From Octopus sinensis (Eukaryota): DNA of 14,871 nt. Shown piece after piece: positions 1 through 7,950 of the stretch (the stretch's first letter is position 1; every line of letters begins with the position of its first letter). The DNA lies in contig NW_021825550.1 in the NCBI RefSeq assembly GCF_006345805.1, positions 1-14,871 on the forward strand, given 5' to 3'. The position numbers were made by a program, and so were the translations under genes. The notes below the pieces were generated by a model. The model was given only the letters and a program-made list of their open reading frames with translations, was not told the origin of the DNA and did no database searches.

Positions 1-597
1 CGCTAAGGAATGGAATTGCAATCACCAAGAAGGATCTTGTTCGGAATTTGGTCGCATTCTCGTTCAACGGTTGTCTTCAGTTTGCCGATTGCTGTTGGTT
101 CGTACCGTACATTTTATCTTTTATGTACGCCAATAAATAAGTGTAGTGTTCTGATGTTCGGTGAACGCGGAAGGTAATGTACTAAACCTTTTCGTCCAAT
201 CCACCTGTCTGGCAAAATCTCATTTTGGTAGGCCTTATGGTAGTATGGGGGTTTTCCACCTTAAAGGAAACAAAACTCCATGTCTTCAAAGTCCACTTGA
301 GTGCTTAGCATGATATATTGCCACACCAAGTTCAAGTAAATGGGATGAGTCACAGTATGATCAAAAAGAATGGTCCAATTAACCCTTTTCATGATAAACT
401 GCACCATACTTCACTTTCAAGTAAGTTAAGATGATATTTTTCTATAATATATGTGAGATTTCAAGTCCCCAGTGGGAGCAATTATGGTTGTTAATTAGGC
501 CATTTAATTGAAATGTAGCCCCTTAATTCCAAACAATCTTTGTTGGAAATGTGCAGCTCATACACATCTTGCTAAGTGCTACTCGCTTATATATATA

Positions 598-695
598 TGT
601 ACAGGTGGGTGGGTACACAGCCAACTCAACAAACGGAGATCGTTGTGCTTGCTCTAGGTTCTTGTTCTAAAGACTCATGCGCTGACTCTTCCAAA

Positions 696-699
<4 letters not shown>
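598..699 (-). mobile_element. 102-bp inverted copy of part of the RTE LINE at 1898-2000, inserted in a (TA)n tract
   Basis: The reverse complement of 598-699 aligns to 1898-2000 with 5 substitutions and one 1-nt indel (about 94%). It is flanked by TA repeats on both sides. Confidence 0.93.
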
Positions 700-757
<58 letters not shown>

Positions 758-780
758 TATATAATATATATTACATATAT
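698..780. repeat. (AT)n microsatellite
   Basis: Directly visible TA dinucleotide run with a few interruptions. Confidence 0.98.
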
Positions 781-901
781 CAAGGCTTTGATCAGTTCGA
801 GGCTAAAGCAGAACCACTTGACCAGTGCCACGCAGTGGACTTGAACTCGGAACCATGTGGTTGGGTAGGCAAACTTCTTAACACACAGTCACGCTTGCAC
901 C
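781..901 (-). mobile_element. tRNA-derived SINE family 1, 5' head fragment
   Basis: The minus strand reads GTGCAAGCGTGACTGTGTGTTAAGAAGTTTGCCTACCCAACCACATGGTTCCGAGTTCAAGTCCACTGCGTGGCA..., with A-box-like and B-box-like motifs. It is homologous to the copies at 3243, 5615 and 9190. Confidence 0.88.
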
Positions 902-1090
902 AATTAACTATGGCTGCCGTTCACAAAACGTAACGAGTTTTTTTTCCGTCCATGTTAACACCGCAACGCATTTCGCAGCTCAGAACACATACACTGAAAT
1001 AATGCGCAATGCAGTTGCTTTATAAAGAAAGCCTCTCCATCTCGCTAGATGTCGCGTCAGTTGTTTCTCTTGTTGCTATGATTTTACGGG

Positions 1091-1145
1091 GATTTGTCTG
1101 CTATTTCTAGCTGGCACGATGGACCTCATAGAAGTTCCTCCCTCC
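1091..1145 (+). mobile_element. Fragment of a third, unclassified interspersed repeat (GATTTGGCTGCTATTTCTAGC core)
   Basis: GATTTGTCTGCTATTTCTAGC here, GATTTAGCTGCTATTTCTAGC at 8184-8204 and GAGTTGGCTGTTATTTCTAAC near 7925-7945. Confidence 0.6.
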
Positions 1146-1165
1146 TTGCCAATTGTTACTTGTAA

Positions 1166-1210
1166 CTTTTTGTCCTTTACCTGTTTCAGTCATTGGACCA
1201 CGCCCATGCT
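1166..1210 (-). mobile_element. SINE family 1 3' tail remnant fused to the Tc1 fragment
   Basis: Minus-strand AGCATGGGCGTGGTCCAATGACTGAAACAGGTAAAGGACAAAA matches the family-1 tail AGCATGGCGCAGTAAAATGACTGAAACAAGTAAAAGAA at 5553-5590. Confidence 0.7.
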
Positions 1211-1799
1211 CTCCAGACCATCACAGAACAGCCACCGTGTTTCATTGATGGCTGCAATCTTTTCACATCAAATTCTTGACCGCAGAGTCTTTAGACCCAC
1301 ACTCGACCACTGTCAAAAAATACAGCAAATTTGGACATATCAGAGAATATGGCAGTGTCCCAAAATGCTAGTGGCCTCTCCACCATCTTACTGGCCCAAT
1401 CTTTTCTCCGCTTGATATTGGCTGGTCAGAGAAGTGGCTTCCTTCTTGCTGCTCTGCCATAGTAACCAAGTTTGTGGAGATAACTGACAGCTGTTCTGGG
1501 ACTGATATCAACTTGTTCTGCTATGTCAGAAGCCTTGCAACGAGGATGAACGAGAATTATCCTACACACCTCTCTTAACAAAGCGAAGGGTCTTTGTCAG
1601 AGACTCCTGGTCGACCTGGGCGAGGTGATATGGACTCCTTCCCTTCCCTAGTGAATTGCATAACCATTCTATTAATTATAGAAAGCGGAATCCCAAAGTT
1701 TTCTGCGATTTTCTGCTGGCGAACTCCACCTTCAGACTGACTGACAATACGGCCTCTTTGAAATTCGAGCAGTTCTAAGGCTTCTTTTGTATGTAGCAT
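1207..1799 (-). pseudogene. Decayed Tc1-family transposase (HTH domains and first catalytic Asp; 3'-truncated, no TIRs visible)
   Basis: Across frameshifts and stops the minus strand gives [46 protein letters not shown]...PRPGRP...LHKLGYYGRAARRKPLL*PANIKRRKDWA...WDTAIFSDMSKF...GRVWV*...MKHGGCSVMVW. These match the Tc1 hallmarks GRP, RKKPLL, FSDES and KHGGGSVMVW. The second D and the E are absent. Confidence 0.93.
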
Positions 1800-1834
1800 G
1801 ATTAAACAGTCACATATAGAAACTAATCTCTAAT

Positions 1835-2618
1835 AGCACGATCTCTAATACTGGACTCCTTGACGAGGATCCTCCGTCAGATCAACTTAGCCTCTGCATC
1901 TTTTGGAAGAGTCGGCGCATGAGTCTTTCAGAACAAGAACCTAGAGCAAGTACAACGATCTCCGTTTGTTGATTTGGCTGTGTATCCACGCACCTGTACA
2001 GGTCTAAGAGCTGGACCTTTTATCGGCGCCAGGTAAAACAGCTGGAAGTGTTCTATATCAGATTGCTCCAAAGTGTCGTCTGTCTCACATGGAAGGATCA
2101 GGTTGCCTTTTACCAAAATCCTCCTGATGACTGGGATCTACATCCTTCGTCATCTTCTCCACTGGGTTGGCCATGTGATTCGGATGCCCGGTAACTGGCC
2201 CCCAAAGATGGTCCTCTTGAGCGAGATCGAAACAAGAAGCAGGCATCATCGACGTCCAAATCTTCATGATCATTTCAAGCGGTTTCTCATTTTATTCTGT
2301 GTCCCTCCCAAACAGTTGGAGCCTCAGGCAGTTAATCGAAAGGCATAGAGGTCCGTGTGTGATTCTGGAGCAGAGCGCTTTGAAACGGCATGCAGGAGAC
2401 AGCAACGAAGAAAGGAGGAGACGTCGTCATCAACCCCATGCAGTTGTTGTTCGGGGTTACTGTCAGTGCTCTCAGTGTCACAGGATCTGCCTATCTCGAA
2501 TCGAATTATTTGTCACATCCGCTCCCATGAGAAACAATGGGCTGGAGGCAGAGGGTGATGAATGTCTTGGATCGACGTTGGCATCACCTTTGATGGGCTG
2601 CAACAAGCAAGGAAGCAA
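1835..2618 (+). mobile_element. RTE-clade LINE, 5'-truncated decayed 3' portion (RT C-terminus, thumb region, terminal C2H2 finger, short repeat tail)
   Basis: Across frameshifts and stops: STISNTGLLDE..ILRQINLASASFGRV..VFQNKNL, LYRSKSWTFYRRQVKQLEVFYIRLLQSVVCLTWKDQV, LHWVGHVIRMP, CSQCHRICLSRI/..HIRSH. The tail is CAACAAGCAAGGAAGCAA. These are typical RTE ORF C-terminal motifs. Confidence 0.92.
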
Positions 2619-2635
2619 ATATATAATATAATATT

Positions 2636-2643
2636 GTGTGTGT

Positions 2644-2680
<37 letters not shown>

Positions 2681-2696
2681 GTGCGTGTGTGTGTGT

Positions 2697-2749
<53 letters not shown>

Positions 2750-2771
2750 TGTGCATGTGCGTGTGTGTGTA
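2636..2771. repeat. (GT)n microsatellite with GC interruptions
   Basis: Directly visible. Confidence 0.98.
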
Positions 2772-3242
2772 AAGTGAAGCAGAACGCTAAATGAAGTTTA
2801 GGTGTCGATTAATTTAGCAGTTATGATAACAAATTCGCTGTCAACGAGAATAAAAACAAAACTTCCATGACGCCAAAAGAGTCCTAAACAAAACGTCTGC
2901 TAACAAAGTTCAGTGTTGAATTAGTGATGTCAAATAGACGCCGGGTGTGGGGACGGGAAAAACGGCTGTGCCAAAATGTTCCCTACTCCCGATGGACAGT
3001 TCCCTGCTGACCACGCCTATCCAAGATATTTAATACCAACGTTAACTCTAAGTTCGGCAATTCAATAAAGTCTACGGAATATGTATGCAAACATGTCAGA
3101 TTTCGTTGACGTTCCAGTGTGAGGTGCTTTGATACAGCAGAACATTTGCGGTTAAGCTACTTAATACGATCAGGGATATGATACAGCAGAAGAAATTAGG
3201 TTTTCTGGTACCTTTTTTTGTCTTACCCATTCATGAAAAAAC

Positions 3243-3407
3243 GGCGAAGGAGTGACTGTGTGGTAAGAAGCTTGCTTCCCAACCACATAATGCCAGGGTT
3301 CAGTCCCACTGCGTAGCGCTTTGGATAAATGTCTTCTACTATAGCCTCGGGCCGACCAAGGCCTTGTGAGTAGATTTGGTAAATGGAAACCGAAAAGAAG
3401 CCTGTTG
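3243..3407 (+). mobile_element. tRNA-derived SINE family 1, 5' half ending at its internal microsatellite
   Basis: GGCGAAGGAGTGACTGTGTGGTAAGAAGCTTGCTTCCCAACCAC...GGGTTCAGTCCCACTGCG (A/B boxes), then CTATAGCCTCGGGCCGACCAAGGCCTTGTGAGTAGATTTGGTA. Collinear with 5615-5762. Confidence 0.92.
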
Positions 3408-3456
3408 TATATATATATATATAATTATATATATATATTATATATTATTATATATT

Positions 3457-3642
3457 CGCCGTGATAGATCGTTAGCCACTACAACATTTTTTTCTCTCCT
3501 TGTTTTTTCTGTGTCCCTTTCTGTAGAAGAGCGTAGGCTCGAAACGTAAAATACTTTTTCTATTCCTGAGCGTTATACTATTGCATCTGTTTGCTTTGTA
3601 CATCACCTGTCTTCGTCTTTTGTTTTTTTCGTAAACTCTCCC
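3457..3642 (+). mobile_element. 186-bp unit embedded in (TA)n and carrying a hammerhead-like motif; probable Penelope-like element terminal-repeat remnant
   Basis: Complex sequence bounded sharply by TA-rich repeats on both sides (3408-3456 and 3643-3656) and containing CTGTAGAAGAGCGTAGGCTCGAAACGTA. The PLE assignment is inferred from the ribozyme-like motif. Confidence 0.6.
3513..3554 (+). ncRNA. Minimal type I hammerhead-ribozyme-like motif with variant core CUGUAGA
   Basis: Stem I GTcccTTT(3513-3520)/AAAtAC(3549-3554); core CTGTAGA(3521-3527) plus an extra A; stem II GAGC-GTAG-GCTC(3529-3540); GAAA(3541-3544); palindromic loopless stem III AC/GT; predicted GUA cleavage after 3548. A6 is replaced by U. 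Confidence 0.55.
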
Positions 3643-3656
3643 TATATATATATATA

Positions 3657-4177
3657 CACGGTTATTCAAAAAGAAAGAGCAGATTTCAAATATGTTTTTA
3701 AAACAAGCTCTAAGACACACAAACACATTCTACATATTTCTTGATAGGGGGAGGTTTAAAGTTTATAGCTGAACATGATCAATTGGATTAAGCCTTAAAT
3801 AGAATAAAATTTTAACTTTGTTTTAATGTTTCATTTAAAGTTGTATAATTTTCCTTTGTGTAATCCCTTAGAAAATGGCGACGTCACAAGAAAAGTCTTT
3901 TTGTGCACTGCAGTTTGAGAAATGCGAATCGATTGTGCAAGTGCAACGTGAATTTCGGCGCCAATTCAATGAAAATCCACCTCGTCACAAACAAATTTAC
4001 GAATGGCATAAAAATTTCACAGAAAAAGGTTTCGATGCTTCGATGTTTGTCTAACAACACATGGTGCTCATGTTGAGTATCTTCCCCCATCAAGAAATAT
4101 GTAGAATGTGTTTGTGTCTCTTACTATTTGTTTTAAAAATATATTTAAAATTTGCTCTTCCTTTTTGAACAACCCTG
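3657..4177 (+). mobile_element. Internally deleted Tc1/mariner-superfamily DNA transposon, 521 bp, with 97-bp TIRs and TA target duplication
   Basis: The left TIR (3657-3753) and the reverse complement of 4081-4177 match at 84/97 positions without gaps. Ends are CA(C/G)GGTT. TA lies at 3655-3656 and 4178-4179. The interior holds a transposase N-terminus. Confidence 0.93.
3875..4054 (+). CDS. 59-aa truncated transposase N-terminal helix-turn-helix (DUF4817-like); not in the ORF track
   Basis: AAAATGGCG start; translates to MATSQEKSFCALQFEKCESIVQVQREFRRQFNENPPRHKQIYEWHKNFTEKGFDASMFV*. The first about 52 residues follow the S.V.VQR.FRR.F...PP....I..W...F.E.G pattern of DUF4817-type Tc1/mariner transposases. 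Expression is unknown. Confidence 0.6.
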   Translation: MATSQEKSFCALQFEKCESIVQVQREFRRQFNENPPRHKQIYEWHKNFTEKGFDASMFV

Positions 4178-4179
4178 TA

Positions 4180-4322
4180 TGCATATACATATTTATATGT
4201 GCGTGTGTGAGTGTTTATTTATATACATGCATACATACATATAAACATATGTACAAACATACACACATTCACACATCATTATATATTATATATATATATA
4301 CATGCATACATAAATACATATA
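4180..4322. repeat. Degenerate TA/CA/TG/TACA low-complexity tract
   Basis: Directly visible mixed dinucleotide and tetranucleotide repeats. Confidence 0.9.
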
Positions 4323-4487
4323 TAGAATGTTCCGAGACGCCATCTACCAGATAATAATCAGTTTGCTTAATTTGGTGAAGATATTTTTAATGATTTGTCT
4401 TTTAAAAATCTCAAGTGATATCAGATAAATACTAGGAAAAAAAGAAACAATATTAGCCGATGACTAATGTTGTATTTCCAGGCTTTG

Positions 4488-4602
4488 TCTGAAACGTTAG
4501 GGGCAAAATACCATGCTGTATTCATTTATGGCGCTGTACGTTCAGAGTTCAATTCGTGTCGAAGTCAACTTTGCTTTTCACTTTGTCAGAGTCAATGAAA
4601 TA
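4488..4602 (+). mobile_element. Old diverged fragment of SINE family 2
   Basis: GAAACGTTAG..GGGCAAAAT..TACGTTCAGAGTTCAATTCGTGTCGAAGTCAACTTTGCTTTTCA aligns to 4702-4795. Confidence 0.7.
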
Positions 4603-4686
4603 TCGGCCAAAGTATAGAGTAAACGACTTCATCGATTACATTGTTTCCCTACTTATGTCATTTTCTACCGATATTACTAATTAGAA

Positions 4687-4897
4687 GGTGGCGAGCAGGC
4701 AGAATCGTTAGCACGCCGGGCGAAATGCTTAGCGGTATTTCGTCTACCGCTACGTTATGAGTTCAAATTCCGCCGAGGTCAACTTTGCCTTTCATCCTTT
4801 CGGGGTTACGCACTGGGGTCGATATAATCGACTTAATCCGTTTGTCTGTCCTTGTTTGTCCCCTCTATGTGTAGCCCCTTGTGAGTAGTAAAGAAAT
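4687..4897 (+). mobile_element. tRNA-derived SINE family 2 (tail type a), full head, 19-nt internal deletion
   Basis: A-box-like GGCAGAATCGTTAG, B-box GAGTTCAAATTCC, central GTCAACTTTGCCTTTCATCCTTTCGGGGT block (resembles the MetaSINE central domain, from memory), tail ...TAGCCCCTTGTGAGTAGTAAAGAAAT. Confidence 0.9.
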
Positions 4898-5084
4898 CGG
4901 TATTTAGTCTGCCGCTACGTTCTGAGTTCAAATTCCGCCGAAGTCGACTTTGCCTTTCATCCTTCCGTGGTCGAATAAGCAAGTACCAGTTATACACTGG
5001 AGTCGATGTAATCGACTTAATCCCTTTGTCTGTCCTTGTTTGTCCCCTCTATGTTTAGCCCCCTATGGGCAAAAAAGAAATAAA
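4898..5084 (+). mobile_element. Second SINE family 2 copy in direct tandem, lacking the first about 47 nt
   Basis: Starts CGGTATTTAGTCTGCCGCTACGTTCTGAGTTCAAATTCCGCCG, equivalent to 4734 onward, with no spacer after the tail of the first copy. Confidence 0.92.
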
Positions 5085-5125
5085 TGCTACTAATTAGTAT
5101 TATATTTTCACGAATTAATGAGGGA

Positions 5126-5157
5126 GACATGTTTCGTCTTTATTTGGAACTCTTCAA
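5126..5157 (-). ncRNA. Degenerate minimal hammerhead-like motif (Penelope-type)
   Basis: Minus strand: TTGAAGA GTTC-CAAATAAA-GAC GAAA C-AT-G TC. The core is CUGANGA with C3 changed to U, followed by a weak stem II, GAAA, a palindromic ACATGT stem III and a GUC site. Stem I is poor. Confidence 0.45.
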
Positions 5158-5518
5158 TATATATGCATTCTCCTTGTTTTTTTTTGTTTGTTTTTTAATA
5201 GCGAAGTAAACATACAAAAAGGCGGAGAGCAAGAAAACTGATGAGAAATTTTCCTTTGATATAAATTTTATGATTTGTCCTGTTATTCTAATAGATTCTT
5301 TACTCTAATTGTTGCTCTTTCGAAATCGTTTCCATCACTTTGATTTCCTCTTGTTTCTGATATTCAGCCCTTTATGCTTTATGTCAATCGATATCTTTTG
5401 AATTTCTAGGCCCTTTCCGTCTTTGTAATCCCGTATGCTATAGAGGCCCCAAGCCTTTTTAGGAAACAAAATCGTATATATACAAAGGCAACCCTTACAA
5501 AAAAACATTCCAAAAGTC

Positions 5519-5608
5519 CGATAAGTACTAGTTCGACTAAAGGCGGTGCTCCAGCATGGCGCAGTAAAATGACTGAAACAAGTAAAAGAAAAAAAGAATA
5601 AAAGAATA
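5519..5608 (+). mobile_element. SINE family 1 3' tail fragment immediately upstream of a full copy
   Basis: GATAAGTACTAGTTCGACTAAAGGCGGTGCTCCAGCATGGCGCAGTAAAATGACTGAAACAAGTAAAAGAA matches 5975-6026. It ends in an AAAAGAATA-type tail. Confidence 0.88.
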
Positions 5609-5614
5609 TAAACT

Positions 5615-5804
5615 GGTGCAGGCCTGGTTGTGTGGTAAAAAGCTTGCTTCCCAACCACATGGTTCCATGGTCGGTCCCACAGCGTGGCACTTCTACAATA
5701 GCCGCGGGCCGACCAAACCTTTGTGAGTGGATTTGGTAGACGGAAACTGAAAGGAGTCCGTCATATATATGTGTGCGTGTGCGCGTATGTGTGTATGTGT
5801 TTGA

Positions 5805-5849
<45 letters not shown>

Positions 5850-6026
5850 TGCTCACCGCAGTTTGACAACCGGCGTTGCTTGGTTTGCCGTAACATTTGC
5901 GGTTCGCCAAATGATATCGATAGAATAAGTACCAGGATTTGAAAACAAAATTCATTCGAATAAAACCTCTTCAAGGCGGTGCTCCAGCATGGCCGCAGTC
6001 TTATAACTGAAAACAAGTAAAAAAAA
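5615..6026 (+). mobile_element. Full-length tRNA-derived SINE family 1 with an internal (TG)n microsatellite
   Basis: Head GGTGCAGGCCTGGTTGTGTGGTAAAAAGCTTGCTTCCCAACCACATGG; body; TA/TG repeat at about 5764-5846; 3' half TTTGACAACCGG...ATAAGTACCAGG...AAGGCGGTGCTCCAGCATGGCCGCAGTC; A-rich tail. Confidence 0.93.
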
Positions 6027-6289
6027 TGACACTGCATAAGAAGGTCACGGTTGGAGTGCTTTTGATCTTAAGTCTATAGGTTGAAGTGTACCCTGGAGCT
6101 TACGATAACATAACGTAGCATAATAGTGAGTAAAATAGTTGGGAGGTGCGAGGTTAGAATTTATTTATAATGGTTTGCAGATAAAAGCGAAATCCGTTTA
6201 AGTTTTCATCAGCTGATAAAAAGAATGAGTTTAGCAAAAGTCCTGAATCATGACTAAACGAAATATTTTGAGAAATATATATGAGATAA

Positions 6290-6535
6290 GGAGGAGAGAG
6301 AGAGAGAGAGAGGGAGAGAGAGAGAAGAGAGAGAGAGAGATGGTGCTGTTGCTGTGTGTGTGTGTGTGCGTGTATGTATGTATGTATCTATGTGTGCGTG
6401 TATGTATGTTTGTATGAATGCATGTATATATGGATATATGTATGTATGGATGTGCGCATGCATGCGTGTTAGTGTTCAGTCTTATTTCAAGATCGCTGGC
6501 CAATAGAGAAAGAGCCGGTTTCTAATCTAGATTCA

Positions 6536-6566
<31 letters not shown>

Positions 6567-6698
6567 TGTATGTATGTATGTATGTATGTATGTATGTTTG
6601 TATGTGTGGATATCTATGTATGGGCGTATATGAATGTATGAATATATGCGTGTACGGAAGTATATGTATACGCATGTATGTGCATGTATGAATGTATG
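6290..6698. repeat. Compound (GA)n, (GT)n and (TATG)n microsatellite block with a about 65-bp complex island at 6470-6537
   Basis: Directly visible; pure (TATG)n at 6537-6597. Confidence 0.95.
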
Positions 6699-7045
6699 CA
6701 AAAGTGGGCACCGTTAATCCAAAAAGTTAACTTCGTTAACCGTTAATCAGTTAATTATTTCCTAATGTAACAGAAGTTAACGTTAATTTTTATTATGGAA
6801 AACAAACAAAAACATCAGTTTTTGCTTTAAAACTACCCAAAAAACACCTTTAAAAAGTGCCAAAACTATAAAAATCCGTTAATTTCAATTGAATTGGAGT
6901 AAACGGAAATTAACTCAAATTAACGGAAGTTAAATGTAACGGAGGTTAATTAATCCGGTAATGATTTCCAAAGTTAAATTGTTAAAGAAAATGTTAACTT
7001 CGTTAATCGACGATAAACGGATTAACAGTTTGGTGCCCAGGTTTG
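6699..7045. mobile_element. hAT-like MITE, 347 bp, with GTTAA-rich subterminal repeats
   Basis: Left end CAAAAGTGGGCACC; reverse complement of the right end CAAACCTGGGCACC (12/14), each followed by GTTAATCC. GTTAACTTCGTTAA lies at 6726-6739 and 6993-7006, with TAAC(A/G)GA(A/G)GTTAA variants in the opposite orientation. The 8-bp flanks AATGTATG and TATATGTG match only 5/8. No ORF. Confidence 0.7.
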
Positions 7046-7275
<230 letters not shown>

Positions 7276-7414
7276 TATGTCTATAGGGTTACCAGGGTTT
7301 TGCGTCCATAAAGCACGTACAACCTCTCATCAGACCCTACCGGCCTACAACAGCTCTTCAAAGTGAAGGAAGAAAAAACCTCATGGTTTTACAACGTCTT
7401 TTTAGACCCTTAAT

Positions 7415-7437
7415 TAACTAACTAACTAACTAACTAA
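7415..7437. repeat. (TAAC)n tetranucleotide repeat
   Basis: TAACTAACTAACTAACTAACTAA. Confidence 0.95.
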
Positions 7438-7829
7438 AGGCAGAAGGAGGCAGAGAAGCAAAATGGCGTTTGAATTTACTTTTCTTTCCCAAGGAATCTC
7501 TCATCGTCCTCCCCACTCCCCCTTTTTTTTAAACATTAAGGTCTGTGAAAGAGATTTGTCGATCGAGCACGTAGTAGATTCCTCTTTAACTCACAGATAT
7601 ATTTATATACTCTATGGGGCAAACCGCTGTCTACAAGATTTTTCCGAATGGCCGCCTAACGAAAAATTACCTTGAATCTTTTAGTTGTGCAGTCCACTTA
7701 ATGATGAGCTACGTCTCAAGCGGCCTTTTTCCCGAAAAAGGTTGCCTAAGCCTATTCTATAACGTTGTTTACTCTATAATGTAAATGCTGAGGCGAAATT
7801 CTGGCGGATCGATTATTGAAGAAAATGCT

Positions 7830-7950
7830 TTGTTCTTTAGTCCTGATTGGTCAAGTCTATGACCAGAGATATTCTAGTTATGACCATTCCATCCTATATA
7901 CACTAATACCTGGGAAATGAGGGAGAGTTGGCTGTTATTTCTAACTCTTA
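7830..7950 (+). mobile_element. Diverged copy of the third repeat family; a further piece lies at 8184-8232
   Basis: Shares the (G)ATTTGGCTGCTATTTCTAGC core with 1091-1111 and 8184-8204. The upstream extent is inferred. Confidence 0.5.

Noticed and set aside
12-60. Minus-strand peptide KILLGDCNS, resembling the LINE endonuclease motif ILLGDFNA
   Set aside because: It is a single short motif followed immediately by a stop, with no other endonuclease motifs nearby.
379-390. TTAACCCTTTT, a piggyBac-like terminus
   Set aside because: No matching AAAGGGTTAA end was found in the window.
2943-2990. Imperfect GC-rich inverted repeat GGGTGTGGGGAC / GTTCCCTACTCCC
   Set aside because: It is short and mismatched with no TSD; it could be a MITE scar but cannot be supported.
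3130-3191. 13-bp direct repeat TGATACAGCAGAA at 3130-3142 and 3179-3191
   Set aside because: It encloses only 36 nt with no element features; probably a small local duplication.
3243-3320. SINE heads as tRNA genes (also at 4687, 5615 and 9190)
   Set aside because: A and B boxes are present but there is no complete cloverleaf, and each head continues into a SINE body.
5238-5332. Canonical CTGATGA followed about 77 nt later by CGAAATCGTT, as a hammerhead
   Set aside because: Stem II would be only GAAA/TTTC around a very long AT-rich loop, and stem III and the cleavage triplet do not fit.
7459-7675. CAAAATGGCG (YY1-like or strong start context) opening a 70-aa ORF; also an ETS-like CGGAAGTG near 8550
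   Set aside because: These are isolated short motifs; the peptide is unrecognisable and there is no supporting gene structure.
7701-7791. Box C (ATGATGA) and box D (CTGA) at snoRNA-like spacing
   Set aside because: There is no terminal stem, no clear C'/D' boxes and no rRNA-complementary guide that I can recognise.
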